Shown here: one piece after another, positions 10,446 through 21,400 of the stretch
Layout: every line of letters begins with the position of its first letter
Position numbering within the stretch: the stretch's first letter is position 1
Assembly (NCBI GenBank): GCA_051942205.1
Contig: JAVECO010000009.1
Location: forward strand, 186,001 to 236,574
DNA: 50,574 nt
Direction of reading: 5' to 3'
Origin: Coniocarpon cinnabarinum
Lineage: Eukaryota
Notes under the pieces: model-generated
Told to the model about the DNA's origin: nothing
What the model saw: the letters and a program-made list of their open reading frames with translations, nothing else
Database searches by the model: none
Made by a program: the position numbers and the translations under genes

Positions 10446-11531
10446 ATGCCTTTCGGCCTTCCCAAGTTCGTGGAGTTACCCAAGGGCCACCCAGACGTCC
10501 TCTTCTCTGTCCCCGACCGACCAGGCTTCCACCGAGAGCCACAGCGAGAGCAGCGACTGTCCCTGCCATGGCGGTCACGGTCTCAACGACGTCCTCTCCG
10601 CGCCCTCGATGTCGCCGCGACACCTTCTCAGCGCGACAGACTCTACCACACTGAGACCCGCGCACCCAACGCTCTCCTCCAAGCCGACCGTCAAGTCGCC
10701 CGTCTCGAACAGCACTCACCCACCAAACGTGAGAAGCGCATCAGCCTGTCGCTCTCCAGCCGATCCACCCCGCGCACGCCGCGTACGCCTGTGATTGTCG
10801 AACAGCGCTCTCCCACCGTCTACGCCGAGGACACCTTTGCTGGTCTCCCCGACTTCCACCCGGCACAACTGCCCAAACCAGATCCATACCCCGTCTTCAT
10901 CCACTCACAGGGCCTCTCCTCCAAACAAGCCAAATACGAGTCCGAGTCGGAAGACCTCAGCACAGACTCAGACGATTACGCCCACAGCGATGGCGTGCAG
11001 TACGAAGCGCGACGGCCACCTCGCCAGCGCCGCCACCGTCACCACCACCAACAAGCACCTCCACCGCCACCGCCGGTTCCACAGGCACCGGAAGTCGTCT
11101 ATGAATATAAGCGCATCGAAGAGACGGATTGGGATCGAGATACTCTTCCCCGTCGCAGCCGCTCTCACCGCTCATACCGTGACCACGATCGCGACGACCA
11201 CGTCCATGTCCACCGCTCACATCACCGACATCACCGTCACCACCGTCATCGCTCGTCCTCGCGACCACGTCATGTGCGCAGCGAGCCTGACCGTGATGCG
11301 GACTTCCTCGCTCCTCCAGCGCCTGAGCCGCCTCGTGCACGTGCTCGCAGGTCAGCTGCGCCCAGTCCCGCGGTGCACCGAGAGCCGACTCGCAGCAGGA
11401 GCCGCAGCGGTGCGCGAGGGATGCTCGAGGATCCGCGAGACGTGAGGGAGAGGGAGTTGATTGCGGAGCGTCAGTTCTTTGGCGAAAGTGACGGAAGGAA
11501 GGTCAAGCAGACGCAGTATCAGTACAGGTGA
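10446..11531 (+). CDS. Hypothetical Arg/His/Pro-rich disordered protein (~361 aa)
   Basis: Long ORF with strong C/G-ending codon bias, ATG in CAACCATG context and a CT-rich leader. Contains poly-His and RSRS tracts. Confidence 0.8.
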   Translation: MPFGLPKFVELPKGHPDVLFSVPDRPGFHREPQREQRLSLPWRSRSQRRPLRALDVAATPSQRDRLYHTETRAPNALLQADRQVARLEQHSPTKREKRISLSLSSRSTPRTPRTPVIVEQRSPTVYAEDTFAGLPDFHPAQLPKPDPYPVFIHSQGLSSKQAKYESESEDLSTDSDDYAHSDGVQYEARRPPRQRRHRHHHQQAPPPPPPVPQAPEVVYEYKRIEETDWDRDTLPRRSRSHRSYRDHDRDDHVHVHRSHHRHHRHHRHRSSSRPRHVRSEPDRDADFLAPPAPEPPRARARRSAAPSPAVHREPTRSRSRSGARGMLEDPRDVRERELIAERQFFGESDGRKVKQTQYQYR

Positions 11532-12145
11532 TGGGGATCCTGAGAAAGTAATTATTTGATTCTTGGTAGACCCTAATTGACATTCAATGATTCAATTTCG
11601 ACAGCAGACGTGTCTTCGTGACTGTTCTTGTATGTTGTATTACTGTTTCATCTTGTGATCGATCGTCTCATCTCAAGTCCCTCCGTGACCATCGTCATTA
11701 GACTTATCACTGGACACACATTAACTCACGTGTGCTCTGCGAACTTTGCTACTTTCGAGGATTTCAGTGCGCGGTACCTAGCTGCCTGATCATATCTCAA
11801 CATCGATCCCGCTGCATCCCTCACAGTGGTGAGATGACACATTGCTCCCGATCGTCAACAAGCAAACGCATCACGTGCCATGCTACTTCCCCAAGACCTT
11901 AGTAAAGCAGCCGTCAACTCTGTCACTCATTCCAGTCACCGTCTTCACGTCAACATATTGATTGACCATGACACCATCAGACAGCTCAACCCGCTGCAGG
12001 TCCACGCCTGATTTTCCATTCACTTGCACACCACAGCCTCAAGCCACTCGAGACCAAAGCGGGCCAAAGACAAGGCAAAGCCAAGCAACGTCAATGGCAT
12101 TGAATGTGGCTGTGCGGCCGCCGAAGCGGTCGAGGTAACGCTACG

Positions 12146-12170
12146 AATGCAAATGCAAATGCAAATGCAA
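12146..12170 (+). repeat. (AATGCA)4 microsatellite
   Basis: Read directly; lies upstream of SWS2. Confidence 0.85.
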
Positions 12171-12421
12171 TAGCGTTTTGCCTGTGCATCTGTGCCGTCC
12201 AAAGCCACGGCGTGCAAAGCCACGATTCGAGTCATTTGGATGCCCTTCACGTGCTTCTCGATACCCGCACGCGCGTGCCGTCCTTGCGTTGGGCTGTCTG
12301 GTGTCAAGATAAGGTTTGATAGGGTTATGTACCCTTGAATCTTCCTCACCTCAATGTGAGTAAGGACATCATCCACGTCTGAGAATCGCGCAGCGGGTGT
12401 CGCATCGCCAACCCAGTCGAA

Positions 12422-13090
12422 ATGGTAAGCCCTCACTTCACAGTCAAGCTATTCATTGAGACATGCTGGACTCCAGTCTGAGATGCGCGTTACTAACATG
12501 TATAGCCCTTCCTACTGGGAATCAACTTCCCCGACCGCCAACTCGTCCGTAAAGCTCTGACATCTCTCTACGGCATTTCCTCCACGTCGAAAACAGCGAG
12601 TGTCTCGCGTTTACAGCCGCGCGTCGCGCCGCACACCTACCCGGGAGCCTCTTCCTCTGCAAGCACAAACGCAGCCAGTACCGCGAGTCCGGAAAACAAC
12701 AGCAACGCTTCACGTGGAGTATCAGATTCACAGATCCCCCCCTCGCAACACCGGTAACCACACCTCACCTCCCAGTCGCGCATCCCAGCCCACTAACGAG
12801 AATAAAGACATAATATACTAGACACCCTCCTCGCGCGCCACTCCATCCACCCAACCGCCCGCCTCGGCTCCCTCTCCGACTCCACCCTAACCTCACTCTC
12901 CACGGCCCTGTCCAATCTAACAATCGAAAACGACCTCCGCCGACGCCTCCAGGAGAACATCGGCAGACTGCGGGATATGGGCGCCACGCGTGGACGGCGA
13001 CACGCGATGGGGTTGCCCGTCCGGGGACAAAGGACGAGGACGCAGACGCAGACGGCGAGGAAGTTGAATCGGGTTGAGAGACGGGCGTAG
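12422..13090 (+). CDS. SWS2: Mitochondrial small-subunit ribosomal protein uS13m (2 introns; absent from ORF track)
   Basis: ATG-only exon 12422-12424, then intron 12425-12505 (GTAAGC..TACTAAC..TAG). Exon 2 reads PFLLGINFPDRQLVRKALTSLYGI. Intron 12754-12807 (GTAACC..CACTAAC..AAG). Exon 3 reads ..IENDLRRRLQENIGRLRDMGATRGRRHAMGLPVRGQRTRTQ.., the S13 signature. Confidence 0.93.
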
Positions 13091-13801
13091 CGTTTTTTCT
13101 GTTTGGGGATGAGGGGGTGTTGAAGACTGACGAGAGGGCGCGAGGAGTAAAGAGGGTAGGACAAGAGGGGGTTAAGAGTATAAGGTAAGAGGGCAGAGTA
13201 CAAGAACACAGGTGGTGTGGAAAGTAATCAAACGGCAAAAAGAGCGGTGAGAAGTGTTGAGAATCGTGGGAGATGGAAGTGGTACAAAATGACAGTATGA
13301 TGAGTGTGCGCTTGAATATCGACGAGATGGGAAATCGAGTAACATGAGAGCATGGTGTGAAGCGTCGTGACAAGCTCTCTGGGGACCGCAAATAGGCACG
13401 ATGGGAGACGGCGCCGGGTATATCATCAAGACTGTCCCATGATTGAGGGCTGTAAAGTCCGGGACGAAGAGGGTTCGATACAGCTAAAGAGACGACCACG
13501 GCAAAGGAACCAGTGGGGGAAGATGAGGAAGCTCAAAAGCTATCGAGAATGCCATGACTGGCCAGCTTGCACATCAGGCAAGCTGATCGCCTCGAGATAC
13601 GAGGTCGACGTCCGTCTCATTCATGTCGTGAAATATCGTATACAAAGCTTCATGTTCTAGAGCTGTTGGGACATCCCCCTTCCACAGACGATTGTTATTT
13701 CCATACAAAAGCCCTGATTCTGACATGCTGGATACTACCTTGCTCCACACAGTCTGATTCGCGTATCTTGAAAGTTCAACCAAGCAGTACACAGAGGTCT
13801 G

Positions 13802-14617
13802 TCAATCCATGTAAAAATCGCCTTTCAAAATCCTCTCTTGGAAGTGATCCGGTGCTTTTGGTGCAGGGGGAGGCGCTGGTGGAGGCGCTGCCTGAGGTGC
13901 TGAAGCCCCGCCTTGGTCTGCTACACTGCGTGAGCGACCAGTCGACATGCTGGGAAGGGGCATGAAGCTGGCTGGGTTGCCCGCTCCGGCGGAGATGGAA
14001 GAACGTTGAGCGCGTGCGCGGAGGCTCTCGGACCAGTTGAACCCTTCTGTAGATGTGTTAGCAAACTCCTGCTTACGAACAGTGACGCCAGGTACTGCTC
14101 GCGCAAGGGCTCCGCTCATACCTTTCTTCGTGCCTGGAGGAGAAGACGACGCCCCGTGACCGTTGGGACTGCCACTGCTGCCGTCGCTAGTCAAACCGGT
14201 ATCTCCATTGCTGCTTGCACCGCTGCTGGCCCTGTATGCTCGAGAGCCGAATGAAAACCTCCTCGCCAGGCTGGGACTATCCGGTCGACTGCCATTCTCC
14301 CCACTCAACGGTGGCACCTCATCATCGTCCTCGACAGCGTCTTCGCCAGATCGGCCGGAGCTCATCTGACTTCCACGGAGCGTATCGAAGGCTGAAGCAG
14401 AGTTCTGTCCATTAGGCGACCCCGACAGCCCAACCGAGGTGATGGACATGCGACGAGCTCGCTGCTGCATCGCCGACGCCATGGCCGAAGTTCGAGGACC
14501 ACTGCCCGTGACGCCACTAGCAGCGTTGGTATCAATCGAAGGACGAGCAAACATCTCCGTAAAAGAGGAACGGCGACGACGGCCCGGCGAGCCTTCCTGG
14601 GGATCAGAAGCAGCCAT
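13802..14617 (-). CDS. Fungal hypothetical protein (~246 aa) with multiple RRxS sites and C-terminus PDHFQERILKGDFYMD
   Basis: ATG at 14617. In-frame intron 14121-14047 (GTATGA..GCTAAC..CAG). Contains RRRRSS, RRMS, RRFS and GFNWSESLR. The C-terminal block resembles a conserved Pezizomycotina hypothetical family as I recall it. Confidence 0.85.
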   Translation of the reverse strand: MAASDPQEGSPGRRRRSSFTEMFARPSIDTNAASGVTGSGPRTSAMASAMQQRARRMSITSVGLSGSPNGQNSASAFDTLRGSQMSSGRSGEDAVEDDDEVPPLSGENGSRPDSPSLARRFSFGSRAYRASSGASSNGDTGLTSDGSSGSPNGHGASSSPPGTKKGMSGALARAVPGVTVRKQEFANTSTEGFNWSESLRARAQRSSISAGAGNPASFMPLPSMSTGRSRSVADQGGASAPQAAPPPAPPPAPKAPDHFQERILKGDFYMD

Positions 14618-15348
14618 GTCGACAGCGCGGTCCCAAATATAAGAACACGGTATCGTACGAGAGCCGCCTGGAGGGTCCACTCAAGTCGGGCCCTTTCCTG
14701 GCGCCGGGCAGTTTCTGACAGTGCGAGTGGGCCTGTGCTCGGTCTTAAGAATAGCTGGAGAAGGGCCAGACAACGCTGATAAGCAGCGATAGATAGGAGG
14801 GTTCGGAAGCAGGCGGCAGCGTCGTGCAGTGGGTATGTAGGAAGCTCGAACAGTGTGCTGCAGTGAGCGTCTGCGGGCAGGGAGATCAGGGAGTGGTTTG
14901 GGCGTGTTCCTGGTCGTCTTGGGTTGTCTGGCCCGCCCAATTTGCGGGGTAAACAGACAAAGCTGTTTCAGGGTTCAGACCCTGAATGGTGTCAAAGATG
15001 TTGGTGGTGGGAGGTTGACTGAGCGTGCGATACTCCTCTTGCAAGAGCTGGAGGCGTTCAAACAACAGTAGATCTGAATCCAAGACAAGACGCAGACGCA
15101 GGTTGAGACAGAAGAGGCAGAGTTTCAGTGGTGGAAGAAGGAGAGGGAAGGACGTTTCGATCTGAAACTGAGATCGGCAGCGATTGCTCCAGATGACGTG
15201 TGCGCTGTCGTCAGATGGGTCACACAAAGGGCCTCACCCGTGTAGGATTAGGAAGGGGGAGGGAGACCGCCTCTTTCCAAAGGGGATACGACGGCAGAAT
15301 GAAGGATGGCCAAGTTGAGGTGAGTTTCAGGGAGGGGGTGGAAGCAAT

Positions 15349-15354
15349 CTTATA
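15349..15354 (-). promoter_or_regulatory. Candidate TATA element for the 14617-13802 gene
   Basis: TATAAG on the minus strand, followed by a CT-rich tract and a long AUG-free stretch. Confidence 0.4.
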
Positions 15355-15843
15355 TCCCCGCTTCATGCGAGAGAGAGCGAAGAGGCGGCGCGTGCAGGTA
15401 CAGAGGGGGAACGTCGACGGAGCACTCATTCCGCTGCACACGACATTCGCGCACCAGTCACACAAGGGTCAATGGAAGCTGGAGCAGTGCATGGTCCTCG
15501 CTAGTCAAATGTGGGGAAGGTGCTATCCACGCAATGTTATTGCAGCTCGTCGTGTCATGCATGCTGGTAGTGGAACTCCAAAGATGGGGAAAGGAACGAC
15601 CGCTGATTGCTTCTTCTAGCCTGCTAGCTGCTGATCCCCATCTATGTCACTTGTACCCACCCCGTCCAGAAATCAATCAATCTATACCTAGAATTGTACA
15701 TATTTGTTAATGAGTGTCGGAAGGAAAGCTCTGCTGTCCCGCAGCAGTTGATGCGAGCATAGCCATGTCGCTGAACCGAGAACGTAGGAAATGGCCTCCA
15801 GCAAGAGCCACGCTGCTGGGTCGAGAGGTCATGCCCGTCCCAT

Positions 15844-16674
15844 TTAAGCGCTACTTGCACGGCCATCTTCGGCCTTTTGCAGCGTGTCCCTGACGTCCTC
15901 GGCCAAGTCGGTCAACGGCGCACCACGACTGTCCAACCTATCCACGATGGTCTCCAAGTCGTCCACAAAGTCTTTGAGAAGATCCACGGGGATGGTGCTC
16001 AGCTCGCGATTCGCTTTGTCCATGAGCTCAATGTGAAGCTCCGTGACCATTTGCCGACGAGGAGTGCGGTCGCACAGATCTTCGAGGACCATGATAAAGA
16101 TCTCGACGCCCGCATTCCAGGCAGACCCATTGCCTTCGTTTTCGTTCATAATAGGGGTAACCCTCTCAATGGCCTCTGTCACACAATCCTCGAGCCGACG
16201 GTTCTGCGCTTGAGCTTCGGCAGTGGTGTCGCCCTCATTCCGTGCGTTGTCGTCCAATGCATCTCGAATGATATCCTTGATCTCCTCCAGCTCAAGCATG
16301 GGATCCGCCACGGCGTCAGTCATGGTCCTGAGGATGCTGTCGTCTTGTAGTGCAACCAAAGCAATAGCGTTGGCAAATCGCATATAAAGCTCTGTCTTGA
16401 TCCTGGTCAACGTGTCAAAATGGTCTGGAAAACTTCCAGCTTTGGCGTTTGCTAGGGCGACTGCTTTGAGTTTGTTGGGTTGAAACAAGTCCAGAATCCT
16501 GGTCAGCTTGTGGTACAGCTGATCGTGCTGGTCCACGGGATCAACAGTCGTCTGATGCGGTGGCAAGTCTGCCGAAGAGACGGTGAGCTCTTCAGACAAG
16601 TTGTGCAGATCAGACGCCGCTGACGAGGGCCGACTCTGGCGTGCGTGGGAGGCTTGTGCTCTGGTCAATGGCAT
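15844..16674 (-). CDS. Hypothetical acidic, predicted all-alpha protein (276 aa)
   Basis: ATG-initiated intronless ORF with coding-like codon use and amphipathic helical patterns. No family recognised. Confidence 0.75.
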   Translation of the reverse strand: MPLTRAQASHARQSRPSSAASDLHNLSEELTVSSADLPPHQTTVDPVDQHDQLYHKLTRILDLFQPNKLKAVALANAKAGSFPDHFDTLTRIKTELYMRFANAIALVALQDDSILRTMTDAVADPMLELEEIKDIIRDALDDNARNEGDTTAEAQAQNRRLEDCVTEAIERVTPIMNENEGNGSAWNAGVEIFIMVLEDLCDRTPRRQMVTELHIELMDKANRELSTIPVDLLKDFVDDLETIVDRLDSRGAPLTDLAEDVRDTLQKAEDGRASSA

Positions 16675-17259
16675 TCAACAATATCAGTGAGCAATGCTGG
16701 GCATTTCTTTGCTAGAGAATGAGAGGAAATGAACGCGAAATTGATTTTACTTCGAAAGGATACATGTTTCTCTACAGTTCCTTCCTCGATACTTATAGCT
16801 ACTTCTCTGAGGGATGACTGTGCCCTGGGCTGAGCGAAGAGCCAGAAAGCCTCATGGAAACATTCATTTCAGGTGTATGCCTCGTCTAGCAGACAATTTC
16901 GACCATATGAAGAGCATCAGAGGATCAGGACAGTGCTACTGCAGTGCGGCAGATCTCGGAAAAGCGGTTCTCTAAGCGATTGCAGCTCATCATTGGACCA
17001 TTGACGCTGGTCAAGTGTAGGCAGATTCGCGGACCTGAGACTTCAGCACTAGGCAATGTCGACAGCAATGACACCTCGTCCGCAATCTTTGACCAGCCGA
17101 AGGGGAAGCGTTGAGCATGCATCAAAGTTGTGGAAAGATGTCATGGAAAAGGTCGAGGCTGATCCCGCGTCTGGATCGCGGCTGCGCTAACGAGGACGGG
17201 AACTAACCGGTTCAAGGCGAACTGCGGCACTACAAATTAGCGCGATACAAAATGAATCA

Positions 17260-17730
17260 ATGCTGGCCACTCATTTTCTACGCCTACCTCGTTTGCAACT
17301 GCATCTCTTTGGACTTCGAATCGACACCCTCCCCATCTGGCGAACCAGGGTCGGCACGTTCGTTACGGGATCATGAGCCACGGCGCAAGGAGGCGCTGCG
17401 ACCGCGACTAGCCGCTTGCTTGCATTGTGTCGGTCATCCGGTGGAGGCTCTACTAGATTGATCGAAAAGCTCAAAGAATCAACGAATGAGCGAAGCCACA
17501 ATGATGGCATTTTGTGGCGAGGTAGTAACCAGCAAGGCTCTTCGCGGGAATCGTCACCTCAGCTCGAGGAGTGGTTGGCTAGGATGTGGTGCCGTCGTTC
17601 CGCATGTGGTCTTGGTTCTTTCTTTCTAGATCCTTCAAGGGACCTGGTTACATTTACCCCGTGCATCAGCTCGTGCTCGGTCTTCCACAATCGTCAAGGC
17701 CCATCTCAAGACCATCTCAGCCCAGGGTAA
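17260..17730 (+). pseudogene. Possible decayed 2EXR/F-box-like gene relic
   Basis: One frame reads HFLRLPRLQLHLF, then TGA at 17374, then LLALCRSS and FFLDPSRDLVTF. These loosely match the order of 2EXR motifs. Confidence 0.25.
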
Positions 17731-18469
17731 TGTGGTAGGCATTCTTCTCGCACTGCAAGATGGAGTGCAAGAGATATGAGGTGGCGTTCCGTTTGGCTGA
17801 CCTTGACCGAACGCCGCATTTCTGTCGGGGTGAATTCGACATGAATCAGTTCGCTGAGAAACATCGTGATTGAAGAGCAATCGAGCCGTAGCTGATTTGA
17901 AGTCTTTGTCGGATGCCTCGGGTCTCGTATTGCCTTAAACACCCCCACTGGATTTGCCCGTAGCTGAAGAAGGCTTCTATCCTGCAAAATAGATTACTGG
18001 CAATGACAGAGACAAGATGTTGCCTTGAAGCAGGACCCTGCGCAGTCTCGTTTCTGCCACTATGCAATCCTCTGAGCCATATGCGACGGCCGAGAAAGAA
18101 TCGGTCAAATATCCGACCGTGTGCACGCAGGGTCTCAAGTGATTAACTTATGGCTTCAGCAGGGCATCCGCCACTCACCGGTTAAACGAAGATGATGAGG
18201 AGGATACGTCAGACATTGCTCGATATATTCGTACAGTTATCTATTCAATGCCAGCTAATCTGAATTGCAGATGCATTCTGCGTCTTCGGTCAGAGGCTCT
18301 CCCGTGAGCCATGTGCTATCATGGTGATTAATTACACTCATAGCTCATGCCTTCACATAGCGCGTTTTGCGCGTGGTTAATCGTGTGAGCGCCAAAGCTC
18401 TAATTCTACGTCGCCTTGACCACAATGACTCCGACGATGTTCATGAGAACATGCTGTTGTTCATGTAGC

Positions 18470-21400
18470 CTATCCTAGCTCGACTGATAGGCTCCTTCCT
18501 CGCTGCCTCGGCACCCGCTCATCAATATCACTGTCAGATTCGTCGATCCGAGCTGGCATAGTGGAGACCAGCCGCTCTTCTTCCTCCATACGCAATCTCT
18601 GCCTCGCTTTTCGTGTTCGTTTGTCCTCCCTCCGATGGTTTTTGTCTTGTTTACGTTTGTGTCCTCTGGGCGCGTTGCTGGGTGGGTCAAATGTTGGCAG
18701 AGGCTGCTGCGCGACATTTTTGGCTCTTGAATTTCGACCGGCCCTAGATTGACTTGCAAGGCTGAGCTGCTTGAGCCTTCGCCACTCCTTTCGCTCACGT
18801 CTGCTAAGAGCTTCTCCAGTGTTCGTGTCTGACTTCTGCATCTGAGATAGCTTCTGCGACATGGCGTGCGACATGTTTCGCTGTGGTGGAGGCGATTCTG
18901 ATATTTGATTGGTCTGTGAAAGTTTGTGCACATGCTGAGAGCTGGGAGTGCGATGTTTCCTATTGCGGCGCTTTCGTCTCCTCGTTTGAGATGATTTCTT
19001 CGGTGCCGAACGGTCATGGAATGGGACCGCAGACTTCTCAACATGCAATTGTGCAGGACTGCTTGACCCGCTGCGATCTGGTGTCGCTTGGAGATCAGCC
19101 GCAGACTTTCCGACATCTGTAAAGTTCAGTGGCTTGCCATTTATTAGAGGTGAAGTAGTTTGAGCGAAATTATCACTAGAGCTGGTGCTGTGGTCCAACT
19201 GGCGGGAGCCTGCTCGTGCCTGCACTTGGGTGAATGCCTGGTCTGGTTGGGCCTCATCAGAAATAGGGACTTTGGGTGAATTGGAGTGCATGATTTGCAT
19301 TAAAACATCTTGCGAAGGCGACAGATCGTCAATCTGTTTCTGCTGTAACGGACGGCCTGAGCGTTTCGAGCCAGGTCTTCCACACGCATGTACAGAACTC
19401 AAACGGCTAGGCACATTGACATTTTCGTATACATTAGGGGCCCGCTCGTCTTTTGCAGATCCGAGATGCCAGCTGTCAGAGCCATCATCCTTGGATAAGT
19501 CTTGACGTTGCACAGGTTTCGATGCCGAACTTCCCTGGCGTAACGGAGCCGGACTTGTAGGCTTTCGCATCACTTTCGGTTCCTGCACCTTGTCTACTTC
19601 GAGATCATCCAAGAACGCGAAAGGCCTCGCTGCAAATTTTGTCTCGGCGCGCTCTCTTGCAGCACGTTTGGGTCGAGTACTGGTTTCGATCCTCGGTGGT
19701 GGTGGAGGCGAGGCAGCCTCATTTGCTCCAGTTGATGCGTCAACTGATACTTCGGTGGATACTTTGGTGGATGGTGGAGGTCGTTGTTCTTGCGGACCTG
19801 CAGCCCGTTCAGATGAAGTCTGACGACTCAAGATTTTCTGCGAATGAAGGTTGGTTGTCTCACTCGCCACCTCATCCTGCCCGGCATTTTCTGAGACGTC
19901 TGCTTCACTGTCTCGTGCTGATTCCATGGCAAGAGCGCAAGCAACGGCAAGCGTAGTGTTCCACTTCTGACGCTGTGCGACATCGAAGCGAGAAAGAATC
20001 GACTTCAGTTCCGATTTCGAGCTCACACTTTCGAGGTCCTCGCTCAGAAGATTTCTGAGAAGTTGTGCAGCAATATCATCCCCATGTGATGCTTGTCTCA
20101 AGCGCCCCAGCGCAAATGCTTCCATGCCTAGTCCACTATAAATGAACGCAATAATCGCAGCATCGACAGAGCTGAGTACTGTAGGTTTTGGCAATCCATG
20201 ACGTGTCGGGCGACCAACAGCCTGCTGAGCGCCTGTTCCGTGGTCGCCGCCCTCTCCAGGTGCTTGCTGGCTATGGAAATGAGAAGACCCGTGACGGTCT
20301 TCGGTCTCTGGTGACACTTGTGCGTTCGAAAGTTGGTCACTGACCCCATTCATCGAATCTTCGTTTTGATCGGTCTCTCCGTCCAAGCCCGCTTCTTGAC
20401 TCACGCCTAGATTCGGGGCTGAGTCATTACTGGGGATTTGGGACTCTTGAGCAATTTCAGAAAGAATGCCACTATTAGAGCGTTGCCCCGTCATGTCACT
20501 GGACTTGAACGTTGTAAGTGTTGAGTCGTGCTGTGATGCGTTTTCGGTAGGTGAAAATCCGATGCGTACTTGTACGGAATTGCTGGATGGAACTGAAAAC
20601 ATGTCTTTGCCGCTTTTGGCTCGCAATGGACTGCTACGAGTGGCGTTCAGATTTTCATGCAGTGACTTTTTACGGTCGCGCGGTGGTGCAGTGGCATTGC
20701 CGCCAAGTGGCGCAAATTGTCCCTTCTGGTTTCGAACTTGATGCGTCTTTGGCTTCGGAGTCTGGTAGGACGTGAATCTACCTGAAGAGTCGCGCTTGTC
20801 ATGTTTGTTGCCCGGCGTAGACGTCTTCGCTTGGGACATGGTGTCATGAGTTTTGGGAGGCGCCGACATTCGGAATTTTTGCCAAGGGTCCGTAGGATGA
20901 ACTGAGGACTGTCTTGACGACACTGATTGAGCTGGATCCGCTGCGTCGCGTGACGCGCTTCGCTGGTCATCGTTTGATTGGAAAGAGCTTAGACCATCTT
21001 GTCCAGGAACCGTCGACGTAAGGCGGTGTTCGATAGTATGCGATTGAGTACTCGGACTTGCAGAAGGAGCCGGCGTGGTGTCCTGAAGAGGCTTGCCGGA
21101 GTACGAAATGTTCGTTTTTGAAGTGAATTTGCCAGTACTGTCTCTTATGGAGTGTTTGCCGTCAATTACGGGCTCTGAGAGTTTTGCGCGCTTCGACTGG
21201 GTGCTATCCATCCCGGATTCTTCTAGGTCCACTTCGCCAGCACCGCCAACGGCTTCAGCCGGCGTCGAGAAAGCTTCAGATTGCGTTCTCTTCCTAGTAT
21301 TGTCTGAGTTCTGACTTGTGCGCGTAGTCACATCAGGCGTAGAGAAGCTCCAGGGAGGTGCTTGAGCAACAGATGGAGTGGAGTTTGCGAAAGCTTGGGA

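Noticed and set aside
12753..12821. Stwintron (nested intron) explanation for SWS2 intron 2
   Set aside because: The internal intron would be only ~22 nt. A simple 54-nt intron ending in AAG keeps the frame.
12765..13499. 244-aa minus-strand ORF
   Set aside because: It is antisense to SWS2 exon 3 and its GA-rich 3' region, with low-complexity, non-protein-like content.
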